64,000 bases of DNA from the IMG/VR virus record IMGVR_UViG_3300025120_010521. The stretch is one strand, 5' to 3'. The notes below the pieces were generated by a model. The model worked only from the letters and a program-made list of their open reading frames with translations, was not told the DNA's origin and made no database searches. A program made the translations under genes and the position numbers. Shown in pieces: positions 57,159 through 64,000 of the stretch; the stretch's first letter is position 1, and each line of letters begins with the position of its first letter. Origin of the DNA: a virus (Duplodnaviria > Caudoviricetes).

Positions 57159-57974
57159 ATGTTAGTACGTAAAAAATATCAATTACCAACAATGTGGAAA
57201 TTTGAGAACCATAAGTTTGACATCGAACGATTAAAGAAAGAAGCACTTGTTTTAGCTAATGACTATGGTAATGTGATGGACACTAATAAAGCATTATGTT
57301 CAAACAATCACGAATTAGTTATGAGTGTGTATAAACATTTTAAACAAATTAATCTTACAGAATTTGATCCGCAAGGAGAAGCACCTACTGTTGAGTCTTG
57401 TGAAGTAATGGGTAAGACTGCGGGAACTGGTGATGAAGCAATTAGTAAAATTGCAAAATATAGGTTAAAAGCAAGACGTGGAGAAAACTTAGATCCAGCA
57501 TTAAACGAGCATAACTATAATACTCCTACTGAAAAGTATAAAGGTACATACTTTGAAGAAGTAGTAAACTCTTTTAATTCAGATGCAATAAGAGTAAGAC
57601 TTGTAAGGTTAGATCCCGGCAAGACTCTTACGCCACATATTGATTACGATCCGACTTATGCTGTAAGAGTTATTATTCCTATCTTTGCAGAAGAAGAAGC
57701 AACAAATTACTTTTGGAGAAAAAGTAAAGAAGAAGCATATCATTTAAAAGCAGATGGTTCAGCATATTTCTTAAATATAGGATTTACTCATACTGTAGTA
57801 AATTCTGGAAATACACCAAGAATTAGCTTAATGTTTAGTTTAAAAGATCAATCAGACTTACAAGAAATACCAGAGAATGATTGGAATGAAAATAACAACA
57901 TGGGCAACTTGCAAATACAAAAAGCATATAAAGAACATAAGGCCCAGGCAGATGCCCAACCATTGGCTGTTTAA
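57159..57974 (+). CDS. 2OG-Fe(II) dioxygenase, Asp/Asn beta-hydroxylase-like
   Basis: RVRLVRLDPGKTLTPHID...FLNIGFTHTVVNSGNTPRISL. Confidence 0.85.
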   Translation: MLVRKKYQLPTMWKFENHKFDIERLKKEALVLANDYGNVMDTNKALCSNNHELVMSVYKHFKQINLTEFDPQGEAPTVESCEVMGKTAGTGDEAISKIAKYRLKARRGENLDPALNEHNYNTPTEKYKGTYFEEVVNSFNSDAIRVRLVRLDPGKTLTPHIDYDPTYAVRVIIPIFAEEEATNYFWRKSKEEAYHLKADGSAYFLNIGFTHTVVNSGNTPRISLMFSLKDQSDLQEIPENDWNENNNMGNLQIQKAYKEHKAQADAQPLAV

Positions 57975-58278
57975 AACAGAAGTAAAAGAATCAAATATAC
58001 ACGGACAAGGAAGGTTTGCATTAGAAAACATTCCAATTGGTCGACAGGTAGTTGAGCTTAAAGGCTCTATTGTTCCAAAAGAACAAGCACCTCAAAAATT
58101 TCCTGTTAGTTTAACTCACAACATGGATTGTGAAGATACATTTATTAATCACAGCGAAGATTCAAATTTAGCATACTTAGGTGGTACTAGTTTTGTTTCT
58201 GCTAAAAATATAAAAAAGGGTGAAGAATTAACTATGGACTATAAAGAATTTGCTGGTGATAGAAAATTTTTATTCTAA
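57952..58278 (+). CDS. Minimal SET-domain protein (second copy)
   Basis: ESNIHGQGRFA; FINHSEDSN; IKKGEELTMDY. Confidence 0.85.
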   Translation: MPNHWLFKTEVKESNIHGQGRFALENIPIGRQVVELKGSIVPKEQAPQKFPVSLTHNMDCEDTFINHSEDSNLAYLGGTSFVSAKNIKKGEELTMDYKEFAGDRKFLF

Positions 58279-58542
58279 TGAACGATCCATTAAGTTATAA
58301 ACTTAAAAAACTTATTGAGTGGCTATTAATACAGCAGGTTCCTGCTATTTTAGTAATACTATTTTTAATTTACTACTTTATATTTTAATCTTGTTTTTCA
58401 ATTAATTTTGCAAAATACTTTGTTAAAGGATTATTTGGCTGATAGTGGTTATATTCTGAACGTACATATTTACGTTTTTTAACTGTTGTTTTACGTTTCT
58501 GTTTCTTTTTTTGACTATCCTGCATCAAAGCAATATTTATCA

Positions 58543-59232
58543 TTATTGATTAAATTTTGCTTTCCAATCCATATTAGCAAATGGCCAGCCTGTAATAACA
58601 ACACGACAATTTGGTTTAGCATTTGTAACAGGATTTACATAATGAGCTGATCCTACTCGCATTAGCACACAAGAGTTTCTTTTTGGTTTAATTGCTAATG
58701 GACCTACTAGATAAGGGTCTTGTTTTGATTCTTTAAATAATTTTGTTTTAAATTCTTCCCAGTTTTCTTTTTCTTCAGGATGAAAGTTAAAATGATCTGC
58801 TAACATATATTCGTTTGGCAATACTAATTCGCCGCCTTCTTCATTTGTTAGATAATGTATAAAAACAAATTCACCATATATATCTTTACGTTCAGTGTGG
58901 ACATTATATATACTTTTTGGATTAAATGTTTTAGTAGTAAATTGTAAAACATTTTTTTCATTTATATCTTCTATTAGTATTGGTTTATATACATCTGCTA
59001 ATATTTCATTTAGTTTATTAATTACTGCTAATACTATATCATTATCTTGATGTACATTATATTTTACATGATTATAATTGTAGTATGACTTACTAATAAT
59101 ATGTGGTTGTTCATTACCATCTAGTTCTTTAGTTTCTGATTCACGGATATGACTTAATGCTTTGTCTACAAGAGCATCATCGATAAAATGTTCTGTGTGC
59201 CATACTTCATCATAAACTAATTCATTCCACAT
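58543..59232 (-). CDS. 2OG-Fe(II) dioxygenase (HxE variant)
   Basis: VHTE...EEGGELV...GSAHYVNP...RVVITGW. Confidence 0.75.
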   Translation of the reverse strand: MWNELVYDEVWHTEHFIDDALVDKALSHIRESETKELDGNEQPHIISKSYYNYNHVKYNVHQDNDIVLAVINKLNEILADVYKPILIEDINEKNVLQFTTKTFNPKSIYNVHTERKDIYGEFVFIHYLTNEEGGELVLPNEYMLADHFNFHPEEKENWEEFKTKLFKESKQDPYLVGPLAIKPKRNSCVLMRVGSAHYVNPVTNAKPNCRVVITGWPFANMDWKAKFNQ

Positions 59233-59999
59233 TAATGACAGTCCTCTGGCTTTGGTTGTTCATGACGTTTAGAGTCAAAGTAATAATTAAAATTACAATG
59301 TTGATCTAAACCATTAATGAGATCTTTTGTAGCATAAGGCCATCCAGTGACTACTTGTCTTGATTCTTTAGTTACTTCGCCTTGCAAAGGATTTACATAA
59401 TGAGCTGACCCTATTGCAAATACTACACACTTATTATACGTTGGCTTTACAACTACATCATCTAAATAACGCATTGGAAATCCTTTTGATTCTACTAACT
59501 GTATATTTTCTTGCCATCTAGCTTCTTGTTTAGGAAACTGCTGTAAATGTTTTTCTACTCCATTGCGACTAGGAAATACTAACTCACCACCTTCTTCAGA
59601 AGAAAGAAAATGCATAAAAGCATATGGACCGTATTTGTCAATTGGCTCAGTATGTAGATCATACCAACCACGTTTTGAAAAACTCTTTGTGAATAACTGT
59701 AAGCCTTCTAAGTTATCCATAGGTACTGTTGCTTCTGTAAGTGGTTGCATTAGCTCATTCACTTTACCCATATATAAATCAATCAATACTCTATCTTTAT
59801 GTATATCAGTTCTATGCACTGTGTAATTATATGTTGTTGCATTAACTCCTGAATTTCTAAAGTTTGGCAATATTGCTTCGCCAGGTTCTAGTTCAGTTTT
59901 ACCTGCTGTTAACATATTTTGTTTTATTTGACTAATTGTACTGTCATCAAGAAAGTTATCATATTCCCATAACTCATTCTTTACTAATTCTTTCCACAT
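59232..59999 (-). CDS. 2OG-Fe(II) dioxygenase (HxE variant), tandem paralog
   Basis: LHTE...EEGGELV...GSAHYVNP...RQVVTGW. Confidence 0.75.
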   Translation of the reverse strand: MWKELVKNELWEYDNFLDDSTISQIKQNMLTAGKTELEPGEAILPNFRNSGVNATTYNYTVHRTDIHKDRVLIDLYMGKVNELMQPLTEATVPMDNLEGLQLFTKSFSKRGWYDLHTEPIDKYGPYAFMHFLSSEEGGELVFPSRNGVEKHLQQFPKQEARWQENIQLVESKGFPMRYLDDVVVKPTYNKCVVFAIGSAHYVNPLQGEVTKESRQVVTGWPYATKDLINGLDQHCNFNYYFDSKRHEQPKPEDCH

Positions 60000-61780
60000 T
60001 ATCTTTCGCTCCCTATAGCAACAATCTCAGTTGGTTTAATACGAGCGTCTGTACCATACATACTCATATCAAATTCTTTTTTCCATTCTGATATATCATA
60101 TTTAACCAACTTCTCTGGAAATACTTTTGACAAATCTTCTACAAACTGATCTTGGTTATGCCAAAACTGATATATTTCATCTGCACGTAAACATCTTGAA
60201 AAATACAAATATGTTGCTAAATCTTTTACTTCTGTTCTTGGCTCATCTTTAAATATATTTCTAATTATTTGTCTGTTCTTTTCTACTAGTTTAATCATTA
60301 AAGGCATTTTATCTAAATGCTTATAAAACCATTTAACTTGGAACTCTATATCATGCCCAGTATCAAATAAATCTTTCATAGTATGATTTAATGCTCTTGA
60401 GTTATGAAAGTTATGGTAGAACCACCAATAGTCAAACATACGAACAATTTCATCTTCATCATATGAAAAACATTTATGCATAATTTCTATCTCTTCAAAT
60501 TCATATGTGCTACGTTCATCTCTGTACTCTGGATGATTATGCAATTGCTTATATCCTAGTCCTGAAAACGAATAAGGAAATGCAAGTATCTTAGATTCTA
60601 CCTTGTGTTCTTTTTGAAACTTATCTGTATATAATTCTGTATTAGGTACTAGGTTTAAAAAGTATGATCGCATAAAATCAATACCAAGCTCATAATCTTT
60701 ATTCAATGAGTATAACCAACTGTCTGCTGTTTCGCCAGGTAAAGCAATAATCATTTCTGATGTTACTGGTAATCCTTTAGACTTAAAACTATCAATTAAA
60801 GGTAATAGTTTATCATTGTTAATATTTGCTCTGTTAATAACTTTTAATGTTTCTTTTGCATGTGTTTGGAAACTTACTTTCAAATTACGTTGATCAGCAT
60901 CTAAATTGTTATGTATTATATCGATAATCTCTGGTAACCATTTACTACCATTCTTTGCAAGTCCACTATAAGATATTTTAGGATTATTGCCTGTTGCTTC
61001 TTTATTTGCTTTCATTTTTTTAACGACATCTAAATCTCTAGGTAACATACCAAAGTTAGCATCAAGTATCTCTACTTCTGCTATGTTGGTGTGTTTGTAT
61101 ATAAAGTCTAATTGTTCATTTACAGGATCCATATCAAACTTTGTAACTTTTGATCTTGCTTGTCCACCCCAATCGCAGAATGCACATTTAAAAGGACAAC
61201 CACGATTAGTTTCAAATGATGCTTTAACTCTTTTTTCTTCAGCAAGTATAGAATCAAATACTCCATCTAAATATGGTGTAGGCATTTCATGAGTTTCAAT
61301 TTGATATAATTTTTTTCCTACCTCTACGTTATTCCATCCTAACCCAAAACTACCGTCATGTGTACTCATTGGAGTATCAATATTTTGTAAAAACTTACTA
61401 ATTAACTTTTCACCAGGACCTACCCAAAATATATCTATATAAGGATGATCTTTTGCAAACTTTTCTGCAAGTTTAGGATCTTCAGGTACATTAGGTCCAC
61501 CATACATTGTAATACCATTTGGGTTTACATCTTTGTAATGACTCATCAATTGATCATTATATGCTTGGTTCCATACGTAACAAGTTAACCCAAATACATC
61601 AATATTTTTAAACTCTTCTGTATATTCTTCTACAGGTTTATATTTGTATATTGGATCATTGAATTTATAATTTGATTTTATTTCTGGAATCTTATTACAG
61701 TAACTAATAAGGCATGCCGCGGCATATGGCAACCATGTTTCATGTATAACCGATACTGTGCCTAATTGTACTGTTTTCAT
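59999..61780 (-). CDS. Cobalamin-binding (class B-type) radical SAM protein
   Basis: N-terminal B12-binding-like DVFGLTCYVWN...GGPNV...GPGE; ETNRGCPFKCAFCDWG; ILDANFG; IIALPGET. Confidence 0.9.
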   Translation of the reverse strand: MKTVQLGTVSVIHETWLPYAAACLISYCNKIPEIKSNYKFNDPIYKYKPVEEYTEEFKNIDVFGLTCYVWNQAYNDQLMSHYKDVNPNGITMYGGPNVPEDPKLAEKFAKDHPYIDIFWVGPGEKLISKFLQNIDTPMSTHDGSFGLGWNNVEVGKKLYQIETHEMPTPYLDGVFDSILAEEKRVKASFETNRGCPFKCAFCDWGGQARSKVTKFDMDPVNEQLDFIYKHTNIAEVEILDANFGMLPRDLDVVKKMKANKEATGNNPKISYSGLAKNGSKWLPEIIDIIHNNLDADQRNLKVSFQTHAKETLKVINRANINNDKLLPLIDSFKSKGLPVTSEMIIALPGETADSWLYSLNKDYELGIDFMRSYFLNLVPNTELYTDKFQKEHKVESKILAFPYSFSGLGYKQLHNHPEYRDERSTYEFEEIEIMHKCFSYDEDEIVRMFDYWWFYHNFHNSRALNHTMKDLFDTGHDIEFQVKWFYKHLDKMPLMIKLVEKNRQIIRNIFKDEPRTEVKDLATYLYFSRCLRADEIYQFWHNQDQFVEDLSKVFPEKLVKYDISEWKKEFDMSMYGTDARIKPTEIVAIGSER

Positions 61781-62379
61781 AATACCTCTGAAACATCTTT
61801 TATAGTTCCATTATGTTGATGCAATATTACTGCGTTGGTTGGTTTCCATTTATAATTTGGATCAATGTAATAGCTATAGATAAACTGTATCATATTTGAT
61901 TTTGGCTTATCGTGAAACACTAGATCTTTTTCAAGTGTTAGCTTTTTATAATCTTCATCTTCAAACCAACTGTTATCGCCACCTACGTATTTTTTCTTAT
62001 GCTGAAATAATTTATTAATTGCTACATCTTTAACATCATGTGTCCAGTAATAATGTTTAAACCCATTGTCTTTTGCCCAAGCAATTTGATGCTTCATCAT
62101 TTTAAATCCATAACGTCCATGCCTGTGTTTTTTAAGAATATGATATCTGCATTTCCTAATAGACTCTGGAGTGCCTGTGATAAAACTTCTTTCAGCATAA
62201 CTTATACTAGCAACTTCGTTATCAACTAATGCTAACCACAAACTGCTTTTATCATCTAATTCATCTATGTTAAATTTTTCTTTTTTATAAGTTCCGGAAC
62301 TTCCTTCTATTACTGCTTGTATGAGAAAGTCTTCAACTATTGGTTTATATGCTGAAGTATATTTTAATATTTTTTCCAT
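61777..62379 (-). CDS. GNAT-like acetyltransferase (likely start MEKI at 62379)
   Basis: RKCRYHILKKHRHGRYG motif-A-like; AWAKDNGF. Confidence 0.55.
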   Translation of the reverse strand: MEKILKYTSAYKPIVEDFLIQAVIEGSSGTYKKEKFNIDELDDKSSLWLALVDNEVASISYAERSFITGTPESIRKCRYHILKKHRHGRYGFKMMKHQIAWAKDNGFKHYYWTHDVKDVAINKLFQHKKKYVGGDNSWFEDEDYKKLTLEKDLVFHDKPKSNMIQFIYSYYIDPNYKWKPTNAVILHQHNGTIKDVSEVL

Positions 62380-62380
62380 A

Positions 62381-63043
62381 TTATATGTACCATGATTCAA
62401 TAGATATATTTTTGATATGCACATTCTTTGGTTGGTTGACCATATAGTATACTGATTCAGCTATCTTATCTGATGGTACTAGTTTTACTCCCATAGGAAT
62501 TGTTTTTTTATATTCAGGAGATTTTTCAAATAGTCCTGTGTCTACCCAACCTGGTCTTATGATAGAAACTTTACATTTTCCTTTTCCATAAACACCAAAG
62601 TTATCAACAACTGTTTCTAATGCAATTTTTTGATGATAATAAGGTTTGACTATTTCAGCTGGCTCATTATGATCTTTTGCTGTTGACCCTATGCAAATAA
62701 TCAGTTTATTTTGTTTTTGCCACATTTCATAAACAGCATAGAGTAAATCTAACTGGCTCCATTGTAAGTGAGCATTGTTGATGAATATATCATAGTCTTT
62801 GATTTCTCTCAAAAATCTTTTTGTATCTTCTGTGTATTCAAAGTCTTGGTGTTTATCAGATTCTTGATCAGTAGTATATTGTTTTCCGATGTTTTTTAAA
62901 TTAAAACCTGTGGCACGACTAAAGCCAACAACATCATGGCCTTGTAAAATTCCCATATTGTATATGGATTTACCAATTCCGGATGTATGACCTGTTACTG
63001 CTATTTTTAAATTTTTAGAAGATTGAGTCTTCCTTTTTCCCAC
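62381..63043 (-). CDS. Short-chain dehydrogenase/reductase
   Basis: IAVTGHTSGIG; DIFINNA; ICIGS; YYHQK; IRPGWVDT. Confidence 0.85.
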   Translation of the reverse strand: MGKRKTQSSKNLKIAVTGHTSGIGKSIYNMGILQGHDVVGFSRATGFNLKNIGKQYTTDQESDKHQDFEYTEDTKRFLREIKDYDIFINNAHLQWSQLDLLYAVYEMWQKQNKLIICIGSTAKDHNEPAEIVKPYYHQKIALETVVDNFGVYGKGKCKVSIIRPGWVDTGLFEKSPEYKKTIPMGVKLVPSDKIAESVYYMVNQPKNVHIKNISIESWYI

Positions 63044-63044
63044 T

Positions 63045-63797
63045 TTATTTTACCTCTAATTGTTTTATGAACCAACCACCCATATCAAACTCCCACCATT
63101 TATGTTGAAAATTTGAATTGTTAGGATTTGCATGATGATTATTATGCCAGCCTTCACCCCACATTAATATTCCTAACATTGGAACATTAGTTGAGTTATC
63201 AGGAGTTTCATGGTTTCTATATCCAATCATATGAGAAAGAGTGTTAATAAATGATCCTGCATTCCAAAGTATCATTGCTGGAAATAGATAAGCTGATACT
63301 AGTAACATTGGATCAATCATATACCATGTTCCGGCAATTGCTAAATGTATTAAAATATAATATCTATGAGTGAACAAATGAAATTTATTTCTAATAAGTT
63401 TAACAACGTACCTCGGTTTTGGCTTATCAAACATGCTTAACCATTGAACTTTAAAAAAGCCTTTGTACGATGGTGAGTGTGGATCATCTTCGCTATCAGT
63501 ATGCACATGGTGTTCTCTATGAATAGCTACCCATCCTATAGTTGATCCGGTTAACCCGTATGTACCTGCTAGTGATCCAAAGTAGTAAAACCATTTAGGC
63601 GCCTTCCAACTTGCATGACTTAACAATCTATGATATGTCATTGTCATTCCAAAACATCCAGTAATAAAATATACAAAAAATGCTATCACCCAATGATACC
63701 AAGCACCATACACAATCATAGGTATAATGCTTAGATGTGCGATCATCTGAGCAACAAATAAAAAATACTGATCTTTAGTTGTTTCTTGCTTTTTCAT
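63045..63797 (-). CDS. Delta-9-type fatty-acid desaturase (second copy)
   Basis: HRLLSH, HREHH, GEGWHNNHH. Confidence 0.92.
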   Translation of the reverse strand: MKKQETTKDQYFLFVAQMIAHLSIIPMIVYGAWYHWVIAFFVYFITGCFGMTMTYHRLLSHASWKAPKWFYYFGSLAGTYGLTGSTIGWVAIHREHHVHTDSEDDPHSPSYKGFFKVQWLSMFDKPKPRYVVKLIRNKFHLFTHRYYILIHLAIAGTWYMIDPMLLVSAYLFPAMILWNAGSFINTLSHMIGYRNHETPDNSTNVPMLGILMWGEGWHNNHHANPNNSNFQHKWWEFDMGGWFIKQLEVK

Positions 63798-63853
63798 GGT
63801 TTTCCTTTATTAACACAATTATAACAATATTTATCCTAATTTACAAGTCTATA

Positions 63854-64000
63854 TTAAAACTTTAATTTCCATCCAACTGTTATATTTCTTCCGCCTTGAT
63901 TATAACCATCTGGTCTTTCATACTGATCATCTGTTAAGTTTTTTACGTTTAAAACTATTTCAGAATCTTGTGTTAGATAATAACCTGCTGTAAGATCTGC
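63854..64000 (-). CDS. C-terminus of a TonB-dependent outer-membrane receptor (BtuB-like), partial
   Basis: Manual: ...ADLTAGYYLTQDSEIVLNVKNLTDDQYERPDGYNQGGRNITVGWKLKF*; NLxDxxY...GYxxxGR...terminal F is the TBDR C-terminal signature. Confidence 0.75.
   Translation of the reverse strand, partial: ADLTAGYYLTQDSEIVLNVKNLTDDQYERPDGYNQGGRNITVGWKLKF

Noticed and set aside
1-64000. Stop-codon reassignment or a cellular (non-phage) origin
   Set aside because: Long intact ORFs tile the window in the standard code. Structural, lysis, PhoH and DsbA-like genes and the promoter types indicate a phage; no housekeeping operons are present

Overview
This AT-rich window comes from a large lytic dsDNA bacteriophage, probably marine and T4-like or jumbo-type. 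Support for that call: PhoH, a DsbA-like protein, a T4-type lysozyme, an SleB hydrolase, tail-fibre genes, tRNAs, host-sigma70-type early promoters (TTGACA-N16-TAHWAT) and T4-late-like (T)ATAAATA motifs. No rRNA, integrase, transposase, reverse transcriptase or CRISPR array was seen. Layout: (i) 1-7.5 kb, leftward early genes, many with their own promoter; (ii) about 7.55-9.1 kb, a non-coding control region with divergent and convergent promoters, hairpins and iteron-like repeats (origin or terminus candidate); (iii) 9.8-64 kb, a very large tailoring-enzyme repertoire interleaved with structural genes and tRNAs. That repertoire includes 12 radical-SAM proteins, about 10 2OG-Fe(II) dioxygenases, a QueC-like protein, a carbamoyltransferase, UDP-glucose dehydrogenase, a sulfotransferase, 3 SDRs, 2 desaturases, 2 SET proteins, flavodoxin plus Fpr, and the end of a TonB-dependent receptor. 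The strongest signal is a three-gene early cassette (5892-7017) where, on the + (template) strand, about 170 consecutive G residues are never followed by a purine. There is no GA at all from 5889 to 7121. The tract begins at a hairpin whose core recurs at 7921. I infer a modification-free (or attack-free) zone for first-expressed genes in a phage with sequence-specific DNA hypermodification; this is untested. All family assignments come from motif recognition by eye; no database searches were run.
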